Assembly: GCF_009834535.1 (NCBI RefSeq)
Contig: NC_045697.1
Span: 89,468,001 to 89,532,000, forward strand
DNA: 64,000 nucleotides
Direction: 5' to 3'
Source: Camelus ferus
Taxonomy: Eukaryota
The translations under genes and the position numbers were made by a program. How positions within the stretch are numbered: position 1 is the stretch's first letter; every line of letters starts with the position of its first letter. The notes under the pieces were generated by a model, which was not told the DNA's origin, ran no database searches, and saw only the letters and a program-made list of their open reading frames with translations. Below are positions 50,400-63,749 of the stretch, one piece after another.

Positions 50400-53325
50400 A
50401 CCTTAGCCTTTTAAAATTAGGATTAGCATCATGTCTTGCTCCATCCCTTTATCCTGTCTGTGCCTTTATATTTAAAATGGGTTTCTTATAGACATTTATT
50501 ATTGGGTCTTAGTTTTTATGCACTCTGACAGTCTCTGTCTCTTACTTGATGTATTTAGAACATTTAGATTTAAAGTGACTATTGATATAATATTGGATTA
50601 ATATTTCTATCATTTATAATTGTTTTCTGTTCTTTCTCTTCCATCTTTTTCTGCCGTCTCTAATTTTAATTGTGCATTTTATATTATTCGGTTTTCCTCC
50701 GTCTTAGCATATTATTATACTTATTTTTAAAAATTTTAGTGGTTTTCCTAGTGTTTGCAACATATCTGTATAACGAAACCAACTCCATTTTCAAATAACA
50801 CACCACTTCACGAATAGTGCAAGTGTTTTATAACTGAGTATTTCCAGTTCCTCTATCCCAACTCTTACAATGTTGCTGTCACTCATTGCACATACACCTA
50901 AGCTTCAGTCACCAAATACTTTTATTATTGCTATTGTCTTGAACAGTTATTATACTGATTAAGAATAAGGAAAATAAAAGATTTTGTTTTAGCCCATTTA
51001 TTCCTTCTCTAACACTCTTGCTTCATCTATGTATATCCTGGTTTTGGCCTATATTTTTTTCTTTCTCTCGGAAGAACTTCTCTTATTTTTTGTCAGGTAG
51101 TTCTAATGGTGACAATTGCACTCAGTTTTGTTTGAGAATGTCTTTATTTCTCCTTCCCTTTTGAAGGATAATTTGCTAGGTTCAGAACACTGAGTGATTT
51201 TTTTTAATTAACAATTTATATTTAACACTTGAAATATTTTGTCCACTTCTCATTTAGTTTGCATGATTTCTGAAGTCCAACATAGTTCTTTTCCTTGCTC
51301 TTCTGCAGGTAGGATTCCCTTCAGCCCCTTTCTCATAGCTTCTTTTAAGACTTTGATTTTCTGCAATTTGAACATGATATACCTAGGTATAGAATTTTTG
51401 GTATTTATCCTGGTGTTCTCTGAGCTTCCTGGATCTATAGTGGATTACTTTTTTAAATTAATTAATTTGCTTGTATTTATCCTTCCCCTGTCCCTTCCCT
51501 CTCCTGACTGGTAAAAACTAGTTTCTTCTTTATATATGAGTCTGTTTCTTTTTCTTCATATCATTTTTTAGATTCCATATGTAAGTGATATCATACAATA
51601 TTTGTATTTCTGTCTGACTTATTTCACTTGGCAAAATACCCTCCAAGTCCAACCAGGTTGTTGCTAATGGTAAAATTTCTTTCTTTTTCTTTGTTTTTTT
51701 TTTTTGTTTTTTTGTTTTTTTTTGGCTAAGTAGTATTCTGTTAAGTATGTGTATATTCCACATCTTCTTTATCCATTCATCTGTTGTTGGACACTTAGAT
51801 TGCTTCCATACCCCGACAATTGTAAATAATGCTGCACTGAACATTGGGGTGCATATATCTTCTTGAACTAGTCTTTCCTTTTTTCTTGGATATATACAAA
51901 TTTTCAGCCATTATTAAAGTATTTCTTCTAACCCTTCTTTCTTTCTAATTCTCTTTCCTTCTAGTCTTCCCATTGCATATGTTACCCCTTTTATAATTGC
52001 CCATAATTCTTGGATATTCTGGTCTGTGTTATTCATTTTTTAAAATCTCTTCATATTTCCATTTTTGAAGTTTTTGTTGACATGTCTGTAAGCTCGTGGA
52101 CTCTGTCTTCACCATGTGCAGCTACAGGTGACCCCATCAAAGATGGTTTTCATTTCTTTTACAGTCTTTTTGATTTCTAGCATCTCCTGTTTATCCTTTC
52201 TTAGAACTTCCATCCTTTTGCTTATATTACCCATCCTTTCTTGCACGTTGTCCACTTTTTCCATTAGAATTTTTAGCATATTAACCATAGTTGTTTCAAA
52301 TTCCTATTCTGATCATTCCAACATGGTTCTGATGGTTACCATGTCTTTTCAGATCGTGTGTGGTTTTTTTTTTTGTTTGTTTTTTTGCTTTTTAGAATGC
52401 CTTGTACTGTTGTTGTTGTTTAAAGCCAGACATAATGTATTGGGTAAAAAGAACTAAGATAGATCTTTAGTGTGAGGTTTTGTGTTTATCTGGCTAGGAG
52501 CTAGGCTATGTTTACTGTTTGCTATAGCTGTAGAGTCAGAGGCTAAAAATTTCCTCTACTGTTTTGGCCTACTTGGTTGTCTTTTGGTTCTCCTGTAGAC
52601 TCCTAAAATAGGGCCTGAGGGTTACAGCAATTTTAGCTGTCACCTCCTGTTATCATATAGGAGCCCTACTGGGGGAAGCATTCTATCATCTTGTAATTAA
52701 TTAGGCCTTAGTCTTTTGGTGAGCCTGAGTTAGACAGTTCCCTTCCTTCGCATCAAAAGGTAGAGTAGGCTGGACTTACTACCCTTCCCCAGATTGGTTA
52801 GGCTTTGGTTAAACCTTAGTTGGTCAGGCTCTGGTAAGAGTTTCCCTTGAGGAGAAGCCTTACTAAGGAAAATAGAGAACTCTTGTCTTATTTCAGAATG
52901 GTTGCTTTTCCCCTCTCCCTGCTGTCGGTAAGCACAAAGGGATTTTCCTCAGATCTTCACAGTGAGAAACTGATAGGGTTCCTGGAAGTAAAATTCAGGA
53001 AAGAGTGGGGGCCCCCAAGATTGGGCTCTCTTGGATCCAGTCCACAGTAAGCCTCCAGCAACTGGTCAATTACAGTGTAATGTGTTCCTACTGATACTGG
53101 CTTCAGTTTTGGGCTTCTGCTCCTAAGCTTCTTCTCACAATAAGCTGTGACTCTGCATCTGATTATCTGTCTCTCCAGTTTCCAGGGCAGAAGTTTACTC
53201 TGTGAGCTCAATTCTCTGATCTAATGAGAGTTGTTGATTTTTAGTTTGTTCACTTTTTTTCTTGTTTGAGGATGGAGTGATGGTGGCCAAGCTTTTAACA
53301 TGTTGGGCCGGAAACCAAAACTTCA
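50400..53325 (-). mobile_element. Older L1M 5' half (5'UTR, partly deleted ORF1, ORF2 start), interrupted by a younger L1
   Basis: TTTATATTTAAAATGGGTTTCTTATAGACA (ORF2 start), TTTGAAGGATAATTTGCTAGG (ORF1), 5' terminus CCAAGCTTTTAACATGTTGGGCCGGAAACC. Confidence 0.85.
51449..51897 (-). mobile_element. Younger L1 3' end nested in the older L1
   Basis: Minus ORF 51530-51844 MFSAALFTIVGVWKQSKCPTTDEWIKKMW is an ORF2p C-terminal remnant. Confidence 0.9.
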
Positions 53326-54684
53326 GGTGTCACATCTTAACTTAAAAATCTCCGCCCACAGCAATTATTCACCGTACTTCATTGTTTCAGTTCCTTTGAC
53401 AAAGTCAAAATAAGGTTCTGGCAAATTGGAAAAGAAAGCAATGTATGACTGAAGATGAAAGAAGCAAACGATAAATACTTCCGGGCTGACTGACTGTTAA
53501 ACCCTCTGTATAGAGTAGCAAATTCATAGTGAGGTCTTCATTTGCCTACTTTTACTCAAACAATGGTCATTGTTTCCTAGCTTTCCTTAGCTTCTTCCTG
53601 CAATATGACTTCATCTGTAGCCTTTATTTATAGTCATGTTGCCTGCTGTTCTCTTTATGGGCCAATTTACATCTTTGGGGAGTAGACAGGGAGAATTTCA
53701 GAATGATTTAGGAACCAGCTGGATAGAGTAACTTGCCATGTTTTCTCTCTGCCTATGAAGAGAACATCTGCTAGATATGCTGGGGTGGAGGGTGCTTTTG
53801 TCTTCAGAAGGAATCAGGCATCTTCCTGTATTTTCATTCTAAAGAGAAAATGTTGCTATGGTGCATTAAAAAAATCCAACCTGTAAGTAACAATTTGCTA
53901 AGACACCACGGCAGAGTTATGTTCTATTTTAAGGTCTTGGATGGAATGCATCTTTACTGCACAAAGAGTGTGGAGAAAATGAGCTAAGACCATGCCTGCC
54001 ATGGCCTCCTTTAGGTTGTTAAATCTCCTGCTGAGAAAACAGAGGAAATATTAATAATCTGACAGCAACTGTCAAGGTTCACATGGCAGTCTCATGCCAA
54101 GAAGGCTTAGTGATACTTGACAGAAAATAATCCTAAACAAGCTGGAGAAAAATCTGAGCATAAAATTTAAGGCCATTCTCCTAACATGGAAAAACAGTAC
54201 ACCTGTTAGCAGCTAAGATAATAATTCCCAGTCTTTTTGGTTATAGCATATTGCTGATAATTGACTAACTGTATCACTAACTTTCAATTCTGCCAAATAG
54301 TATATAGGGGTGGATACATTTAAACACGTGTATATGATACATACAGAATTCTGATTTACAGATTTTAAAATAGACCTCTATCAGAACTACCTGCGAATAG
54401 CTACCATTACCTTATTTCTATAGATTATCCCCCCCTCATCGTATATTAGTACCACAAATTGCCAAATGCATACTGGCATTATAGACATTCTGTTGATGGC
54501 AATAACCATCATTACACGTTTAATTCCTTGGTTATTTTCTGATAGCTTTAAAACACAGACATTACTTCTTGTCTAATACATGCAAGTACTCATCTGAAAA
54601 TATTTTCTCCTCCGAAAGATACTTAAATTTTATTCTGGTGGTAATATGATAAAATCATATACAAATCAATTATATGTACTAAAT

Positions 54685-55200
54685 TCATTTTATCTCCATC
54701 TGTTTCACTTGTCCTTAGATCAAGCTACCATCATCCCTTCTCTAATCTACTGAAATAACCTACTAACTAATCTCTCCAAATCCACTTTTGCCCCTTTTTG
54801 ATCACTTACCAACACAGCACATTGAACGACCTTTGCAAAGAACAGATTTGACCTTAAAGTCCTCTTCTTAGACCACACACTGCCCTCCATCACTCTTTCG
54901 ATAAAGACCTGCAGGGCTCTGCGTGTCCTAGCCCCTGCCCATATTTTCAGCTTTCTGAGCTCAGTAGCACTCAGCTTCTTTCCTCTCTTCCTGTACGTTA
55001 GACCACACCCTCAGTGGGCCTTTTTCATGTTGTTCCTATTTGGAGCCCTCTTTTCTCCCCTCTTAGTCCTTCCGTTCACTCCTCATCCCTCAAAGGACAG
55101 GTTCTTAGTCTACTCTCTCTCCCTCAGCATTAGGTCAGATCTCCTATGAGGCAGTGTCAGCTCCCATACCTTTTCCTCCATAGAACTTAGCACTAAGGAC
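54685..55200 (+). mobile_element. L2 fragment
   Basis: GATCAAGCTACCATCATC...AATAACCTACTAACTAATCTC...TAGCCCCTGCCCATATTTTCAGC. Confidence 0.7.
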
Positions 55201-55532
55201 TATCACGCAGTAATAAGAACATGCACCAAACAGATGCATGTGAGTCTTGTCTGACATTTAATGGAGAAAGTCATGCATGTGCTGGAGTAATGTATTCTCG
55301 GCACATTTTTACATGAGTGCACATGCACAAGCATACATTAAGAGGGAAAAAGAGAGATGGAAAGAAAGAGACATGCAGAGCTGACACCTTCCTAATCGAT
55401 GACACATTTTCAAGAACTTAAAATATATACTCATGTCTGCACTGAAATGCAGGTGGTGTTTATCACTGCATTAGCATGGGAAGTAATACAATGATTATGC
55501 ATCTTGTTTCATATTTGTGTTTAAAGTCAGTA

Positions 55533-55686
55533 TAGTTGATCTCATTATTCTCAGATTCCGTATTTGCAAGTTCATCTACTTGCCCAAACGTACTACTCGT
55601 TACCCCCAAATCCATATTGACTGCACTTTCCTGTCATTTCCAGACAGGCAAGAGCAAGCAGAGAGACAAGAAAATTGAGTTGCCCA
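55533..55686 (+). mobile_element. Tigger-family DNA transposon 5' end (MER82-like)
   Basis: TA followed by TAGTTGATCTCATTATTCTCAGATTCCGTATTTGCAAGTTCATCTACTTGC...CCCCAAATC...AAAATTGAGTTGCCCA. Confidence 0.65.
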
Positions 55687-56388
55687 GTTTATACTCAGAA
55701 AGACTAAAACAGTTTTCCGAAGTAACACAGCTATTCATTGAGGTAAATATATCTAGAACTCAGATTTCTTTGAAGTACTAAACTTTCAACAAAATTACGC
55801 ACACTCTGTCTCTCTTCAAGAAAGTGACAACCAAAATAATAACTGAATAAAAAGGGAAAGAATATTAAAACATCAGCACCGTATTTGAGGTAAAGCTATC
55901 TGTAGTGGAGGGACCGCTGGTTCCTTATCTCAAAATTCAGTCTGTTCTCACACAACATGGACATAATAGTATTTACAAATGAAGGGATAATTTTACAATT
56001 TAATTGAAATCTCTAGTTGGTAATGGGGAGAGTCTTAGATAAGTTAATCTGCTGTATATGACACTGATTAAAAACATTAACAAGCAGAACAATTTTGGGT
56101 TTCAAACAGCATTTAAAATCTTGCAACTTACCTTGCATTATCAGGCATGACAAGGTTTTCTCAAAGAAACAGGCATTATGGATCAACATTAAAATATAAT
56201 GTATAGTTATTACATGTGTCATGGATCAAAGCACTCAAATTTAATGTATGGTTATTTTGTTTTGTTTGTAACAAGCTGCCTTCAACTGTAAAGTGAATAT
56301 TCACTAACTTTTTCTAACATTTAGAAGCTATTAAGAAAGCATTCTTCTAATGAAAACCTAAAATCACTTTTGACCAACTCCTCTCTAT

Positions 56389-57910
56389 TGTGGTGCTTGA
56401 CATAAATCTTACAGCACAGACTGTTGCTTACATACGTCCACGCCTACAGTCTTCAGCTGGGTGCCTGGCTGCCTGCAGTCAAGACTGTTCCCCAGCCTCA
56501 CTTGCAGCTAGTGGTAGCCTCAGACCAGTGTTCTGGCCGCTGGGTTTGAATAGAAGTATGATGTGATCGCTTCTGGGAAATCTTAAAAGAGAGTTGCAAC
56601 AGAGTCTTTGCCCCTTCTCCTCTCAGTCTTATTAACCCCCTTGAAAGCAGGATATGGACACCTGATCAGCTTCATGGCCATTCAAACAGTGTGATCACAT
56701 AGAACCTGATGCAGAGTGGCCCCACACTTAATTAATTGCCCTACTACAGCCCTCCAGAAATCCTTAAGTTTATCTTTGAGCTTATGTTTTGTAAGGGAAG
56801 TCCTATGGGACAGTGGAAGATACTGTTAAGCACAGGAGATTCATGTAGTATTTATCTCAGATGTTCATTATTTCCTCATTTATAGCATTCTCAGTGCCCC
56901 ATGAGGTGAGAATTCTGGTGAACAATATGTGGGATTTCAGTGAGAAGCAAAGTGAGTACAAAGTAAACATGCTGCACGTTTGAATAAGTAGGAGAGATGC
57001 TGTTCATTCTAAGAGACCACACTTTGTATTTGAGGAAGAACTTGCTTCTAATGTAGGGAGAAGGCAATTGGTACTCTAAGAAGCACAAGAGAGAGGGAAC
57101 CCTGTCATATCCTTACTTGAGTCCGTAAGTCCTTGTATTAGCCAACCACATATGCTGAAAATGATGACCCAGAAAGAAAGGGTAAAAGAAGGCAACCCAT
57201 TGTCGTTTCTCCTTTTAGTCTCTCCTTACTCAGCAGTAAGGTGAAGGTACTCAGTGGTGGTAGATGTTGCACATATAAAAAAAGTGAAACAGAAATATTT
57301 GCATTAGTTTTGTGCAGTGCTTTAACCACTGTGGATATATGATGTATAAAGTATGAACTGTGTATTTGATTATCACATATATGACTTCTGCAGTTTTATA
57401 TTTGCATCTAACACTAGCATCATACAATATAAAGGTGAGCGGTAAAATCTCTGCTAATAATAAAAATTTTCAACTTCTGTATACTTAGAAGAACATTAAT
57501 AGCAAATTTTTAAAAATATCCTAACAAGCTGAGAGAGAAACTGCAGAAGAAATAAGTGGCTTTATCTGTTTTAGTCCCTTTAGCAGTATCTTTTTCCTGT
57601 TTTTTGTAAAAAGAGTCCCACATTTTTATTATTTTCCATGCCCTGAGAAATTACATAGCCAGCCCTGCATGGAGGTGATGGCTAGAAATCATTCTCGGTC
57701 CATGAGATTGAGGGCCAAACACTAGCAGTGGCAGAAAGGAAAGCTGGAAGCAGGCTGGGTTCCATTTGACTGCCAACAATTATAAACCAGCCATGGGCTG
57801 TTCACAGGCAGATTTCCCAGACTGAGAAATAAACTTCTATCAAGTTTAACCAACCATGTAGGGGAGGTTCAGTTATTCTGTAGTAACTCATACAAGCACT
57901 GAATGAAGAA
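56389..57910 (+). mobile_element. MaLR LTR (MLT1J-like) split by a MER45B-like element
   Basis: 5' half TTCCCAGCCTCACTTGCAGCTAG...TTCTGGCC (56389-56660). 3' half GGCAGAAAGGAAAGCTGGAAG...GAGAAATAAACTTCTATC (57668-57910). Confidence 0.75.
56661..57667 (+). mobile_element. hAT-Tip100 non-autonomous DNA transposon, MER45B-like, about full length (~1 kb)
   Basis: Start CCTGATCAGCTTCATGGCC...TTATCTTTGAGCTTATGTTTTGTAAG, end CCCACATTTTTATT...AAATTACATAGCCAGCCCTG. Decayed 8-bp flanks TATGGACA / CATGGAGG. Confidence 0.8.
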
Positions 57911-59302
57911 AAGGAGATTTTAAAGTACCAGATCTCACCATCATGCATTTTGTATTACAGACACTATCCTATAGTTAAGACACAAAAAGATCTTATTTAG
58001 AAGAAAAATAGTCACAGAGATGAGTGACCAGATTCATAGTGAGATTTATGTGACTAACTGATTAACTATCTTGAATCTGTGTATGTTCTGCTGTACATTC
58101 ATTTATTTCTTGATTTACAAAATCTAAATGACCCTAGGAAAAATGATTTATTTGGATATAGATCCTTGAATTAAAATAAATCAGTATTGGCTTTTTTCAT
58201 CAGAGACATATATTTTCTATTAGTATTATTTGAGTATAACCAGGGAAAATCACTGTGAAAATAAAGTGACATCTAAGGCACTGCACTGGTGCTAAAAGAA
58301 GACATTCTAGTGAGAAACGAGCAGAAGAACATCTAGTGATACACGCAAAGCAGAATGAAAGGGTTGTTAGTTTAGTGATAAGAGAACATGCCATGAATAT
58401 AATTGCTAACAAGTAAGGGGATATGGGAAACTGTAGGATCAATACGATACTACAGAAAAAGAAAACATTTCCAAACTAAGTAAAATGAAAAATTAAATGA
58501 TGTGCAGATATGATGTTCATCAACCAGAACAATCCCTAGTAATATTTACAGAAATGTACTTGTTCTGACTTAGGTATTTTTTCTTCCTGTAAACTCAATA
58601 CAGATACATTACTTACTTCAGAATATGAGGGGGTATCTAGAAACTGGAAGGTTTTGAAACAGTCAAATATCTGGCTGAGAATGGAATTTAAAATAATTAG
58701 CTAAATATTTTGGATATTATTTTATTATCTTTCATTAAAGCAAAGAGCAACACAGTGAATGAGGGGGAAAGGTGCTGTAGTAGTGTGCTCCCTTAATCTC
58801 TTAAAGAAGGAAGAGGCATGAGCGAACCACACCTAGGAATGTATCTCAAATATTATTAAAAATACGTTAAAGGAGAAATGGGAATGAGTTAAACCAATTA
58901 GGCATGAAATTAAAACCCAGATAAAAGATGATAGGCTTGGTTCATAACACTGCAATGGAAATGAAACTGCAAAACAACTTAAAGTAACAGAATATATCTT
59001 CAAAGGAATTTAAGTTGAGGGAAATAAATATATTTATGTATCGATTGCTATACCTCTTTTACTGGAAACATACTGTAAATATAACCTTTTACTGAGTGAT
59101 TATAGTTGCTTTCTAATGTAGTCCACAGTAAAACAGAGGGACAAGTCCATGTTTGTAAGTCAGGACTTTATTTTGCCATTAAGCTAATGATGATCATATT
59201 TGTGCTCCATGAATCAGTGAAAATATGAATCAATCCACTTATCATAGAATTAATGGTGAGGCTCAGTGTTTGCTTTAGCAATAATGATGTGAGTGGGGAG
59301 GT

Positions 59303-59530
59303 CAACACTGACATGTCTTGAGTTCCTACCGTGTCCAGGTCTATGGTTGTGCCTTGCAGTCATTATCTTTTTCATTCTCACAAAAGCACCGTGAGGGTAA
59401 ATAGGACCATCATTTTACAGACCGCAAAGCCCTGGCTCAGTGAAGTGAGTTCGCTGCCCAAGGTCGCATAGCTAGGATGTATTTAAATCCAAGTCACAGT
59501 ATAAAGAGCAGCTCTGAAAGCACACTGCCA
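59303..59530 (-). mobile_element. MIR SINE
   Basis: TTGAGTTCCTACCGTGTCCAGG...CATTTTACAGA...GGCTCAGTGAAGTGAGTTCGCTGCCCAAGGTCGCATAGCTAG. Confidence 0.85.
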
Positions 59531-60688
59531 CCCAGGCAAAGCGAGTGGCATTAATCATCTGTGGAAAAGCTTGTGAAGTCTTATATGAGTCGAGTTTGTG
59601 AGGACTAAAAAGTCCTTGCTATTTCATCTACAACTTGAATCAAGTTTCAATATGCATTACCAACCCTAGCAACCAGTAAGTTCCACATGAAGCCAATGGA
59701 AAAAGAGATCATGAAGACAGATGGAGCCTTTGGATCCATGCACGATTATTGCCTTATGTTCTTTTATATGATCCCTGTAAAAATAGGTCAGCTTAGCTGT
59801 CTTACTCAGATGAAAATGTAATAAATGTTTACACAATTCATCACTTAAAGAATCTAAATTTAATTTCCTACTTGGACTTCTGTCTGTAATAAAAATATGG
59901 AAGAAACAGCCTGTGTTATTTACGTCTTGAGAATGACAAGTTATAAAGTGGGATCTTTGAGATGCTAAGCATAGATGTTTCCATAGCTTTTGTTCACATC
60001 ACGGCAGCTGTCATACTCATCAGTCTAGACTGATTTGATCACATGATCAGTTGTGCCTATTGGTCAACCAGCTTTATTTGTAAAGGTCATGAAAATCACC
60101 CAGTTTGTCACTATAGTGTATAGTTATAGAAACCTTAAAATACATTTAAGAAACCTTAAAATAACATATAATTGAGCTTTAAAGGGGCAGAACATTTTGA
60201 AAATTGGCAGCTATAATTTAAACTTATTTTTAAGTGAAAGGGAACGTTAGAATCAGGTTTCCTAGTGGAGTATTAAATTATTTAAAACATTCATTGACAA
60301 CATGAATTTTGAGGGTTTCATACCTTTCAGAGGCGATTATCTCCTGCTTACTAAAATGTCAGTGTTTAAGACTGACTCTTACTCTTTACTATGATTTAAC
60401 TTTTATCCATAAAAACCATCCTTGAATGTTAAGATATTTATATTCAAATGTAATGGACTATGTTAAAAGACTCCCTTTTGCAAGAGCTGAGTACTGAATG
60501 CTCTGGTAATGAGTAGTTTGAATAAGAGAAAAAGCATTTAGAATTTATGTAGAATAGAATAAAAGTGAAGTAAGTAACAGATAAAGAGTCTTTGAAATAA
60601 TATTAATGGCAACATTTGTCTTAAAATTGTTACTAGAGATTCTTTGCCTTCTTTTCGTAAAAGTATACATCCTAGTAGGTATTCATAG

Positions 60689-60725
60689 ATTTATTTTATT
60701 TTACTTTATATTTTATTTTATTTTT
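60689..60725. repeat. Imperfect (TTTTA)n simple repeat
   Basis: Directly visible. Confidence 0.8.
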
Positions 60726-62469
60726 TGATTTTAACAAAGTTAATGCCCTAGAAGTATAGGAGAACTGACAGCTGTGTGTATAAATTGTGATTACAAGTAA
60801 CTGTTCTTGAAGGAAATATGTTTTCCTTATGTTGAGACACATTTTTTGATGTGGTAAATATACGTATTAACAGTTAAGTATATGTGTATGTTTTAAGCAT
60901 TAGCAGAGAGTCACTTGAAGAAAGTAAATGTTAGTTACATAATAGACATGAAAGAAAAAAACTAAGAATTGTTCTTGGAGTTAGATATTTAATCATTACA
61001 ACTAAAGAGGGAACAGGCAAAAATGACCAAGTCCTAGTAAGCTACTGACTGTAATTTTTTTTTTCCTAATGTGTTACCTGCACCATTTTGTGGCTTTCTG
61101 CCTCTTTAAAGGAAATAGTTTTCTCAAATGTTCTGTGATGCATTTTTGTCTACAAATCCCATTCATCTTTCTATTGTGTTTATTATTGGCCCCTGAGGAA
61201 GTGACTGAGGAAAGGAGAGACTTGGCTATAGTGGTTCCAAAGTGTCCCACTACACTTGAGTCTAACTACCTATCTTGGACACTGTTTTGCTTCTTCAGCA
61301 TCCAAAGTAGAACTTGAACTTTCAGCTTCAGCCTGTGAGCTTGTTGAGCCTACTTTCTAGAGACAGAGGCAGGAGGATGGCAGAGAACCCTAGTTGATCC
61401 AAGTGCCAGCCCCAAACCACCACCCACCCAATTGGTGCTCCAGCTCCTCTGTTTCTGCTTGGCTGTGGTTTTATCTGGTTCTTTAACCTACAGATCTGAT
61501 TTTCTGTCTGCCTCTCCCTTTCTCTTTGTCTCTTTCTTTTTCTTTCTCAGTAATAATTCTTGCTATCAATGGAGTTACTCATTCTAAAAAGGTCTTTTCT
61601 ATCATTTACTGTGCTTTTGAGTAGAAAGGAGAACTGGTGTTGGTGTGCTTATGCTCAGATCATTATCGCTATTGTAATTTTAAAACAAAAAGTTATACTC
61701 ATGGAGTCTACTTAGGGTTCTTCATAGTACCAGGGTCTCACAGTTTAATTTGTTTTGCATCTGGTTTTCTTGAGTATTAATCTTCATTTCCAACTCTTCT
61801 GAAATACATTTTAAAGCTTAGCTAACAGATAGTTAAGAGGAATAAGCAAGTTTAAAACATCTTGAACTGTTCTTTTTCATATCCTCATACAAAAATTTTT
61901 GTAACATATTATCTGGTGAGGAAAAAGATTATCTTGAATATAGTTATTTCTACTCTAACCTTGAATATAAATTCTTAGTCTTATTTAAAATTAGGTAAAC
62001 AGGCATAATTTTTTTAACAGATTAAAATTGGGTAGTTGTTATAATCTCCCTTAAATTTAATTCAGAAGAACTAAAGTTGGTTCATTTGGGGCTCCTCTGT
62101 ACCCCCTAAGTCTTGCTGTCAATCCAAACTCTCTTGTTTTAGATTTGCTCTTACCCATTTGCACATTATTTATATTTTGTTCTCAGGATTAGCACAGTGT
62201 TTTACAGACAGAAGGCTCTCTACAAATATATGGGAAAGAATAGATGGTACACCAACAAAAGAAAAACCTCTCACAGAACCATAACCTACCAAAGTGATGT
62301 TCTTACATTTTATACGCCTTGTAAGACAAACCTGTAATTTTCATGTGAATAATACTGTGTTACTGCAACAAATTATCTGGTTATTTTATTATCAGTTGAC
62401 TTGATTTCAGATGCATAAAATCTTCTAGTTCTCACTGGAGAAGAGAGAAATAAATAGAAACAAATACTG

Positions 62470-62580
62470 TAACATTTATTGTCAAAGTATTTATTGAGTA
62501 CTTGTCTGTAAAGCACTGAGGAAGTGGTTGCTATGATTCTTGTGCTCTGTAAACCTGTAATCTAGTGCAGGAGTAAATAC
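62470..62580 (-). mobile_element. L2 3' terminus
   Basis: AAGTATTTATTGAGTACTTGTCTGTAAAGCACTG...TAATCTAGTG. Confidence 0.55.
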
Positions 62581-63749
62581 AGAATTGGTGGTTTATTATG
62601 CACCTTTGGAATTTGTATGAGAACAAACTTTAATTACACAGTTTAATAATATGTTTCCCTGTTTACTCAGGAACATTCCTTTTAAAACAACAATGGTGTC
62701 CTTATCCAAACAATGATTCTTAGTCACGATGGTGACCTTGAGTATTCATACCTGGCACCATTAACCAAATGAATTAAAGGAAGGACAAGGGAGGTCAAAT
62801 CAGGCAGTATTTGAGTTAACTCTTTCTAGCCTAGTCCACAGTATAGATGGAGGCTTTCTGTGGTCTCCAAAATACACAGATGAAGCAGTTCAAAGTGTGA
62901 AATTGTCACACGTGTGTAGTTTACAGGTAAACATAAATTTCTTACTGATGGCCTTTATATCTATAGTGTTTAACCAGGACTGAGTGTAAATGAGGGAAAG
63001 CAATTTATAGTTTTCTGTTTCTCCTAATTTCATTATAATCTTCCTCTGAAACCTGATGTTCTATTTTATGAATTAAAAACATTTACTGTCAGTAAACTGA
63101 CTGTCAGGTTGTAAGAGTGATAGAGGGAAAAATTGCATATAAGTTATATAAATTTAAGAAATATGTCATAAAGATAGTTTTCCTTGGCTTCTAGACCTAC
63201 ACATATCATACATTTCCCCTAAAATTAGGGAAACTGGGTGGGGGAGCTGTTCTTTTCACAACTCAATTTTACCAAAGCAGGGTAGAACTGAATCTAATTC
63301 AAAAGGCCTCATCTATCATGTAGAATTTTGTTCCCTTTCAAAATTTAACTATATAAATGCTGAATTTTATATCATCATAAGGAATAAATCGGAGATTCTG
63401 AATGGAGAAAAGGAATGAGGAAAAAGGAGATGTAGAAAAAGAGGGGATGTTTCCTCTTCACTGCATCTCTCTTGCTTCAGCATATTTTATCTTACTCTCT
63501 AAGCACTGATTGTACAAAATCCTCTTTTGTGCTCTTTCTTTGAGTTCTTGGTTTTTCTCCCCTTTTTTTTCTGCCTGTTGCACCTTTATTAGAATATAAG
63601 CAAAATAAAGTAAAATTCACATCACCTAAATTCATGATTTGTTAGCTGCTGTATTAAATGATTTAACACAATATTTGAGAACATTTGAGTAAAGTAACGT
63701 TAGCCAAGTCTAACCTAGAGCCTAGTGTTGAGACTAAGAACAAAGGAAT

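Noticed and set aside
59664..59697. MHC class II-like X-Y promoter module
   Set aside because: The CCAAT orientation and spacing do not match the X-Y arrangement, and there is no X2 or S box.
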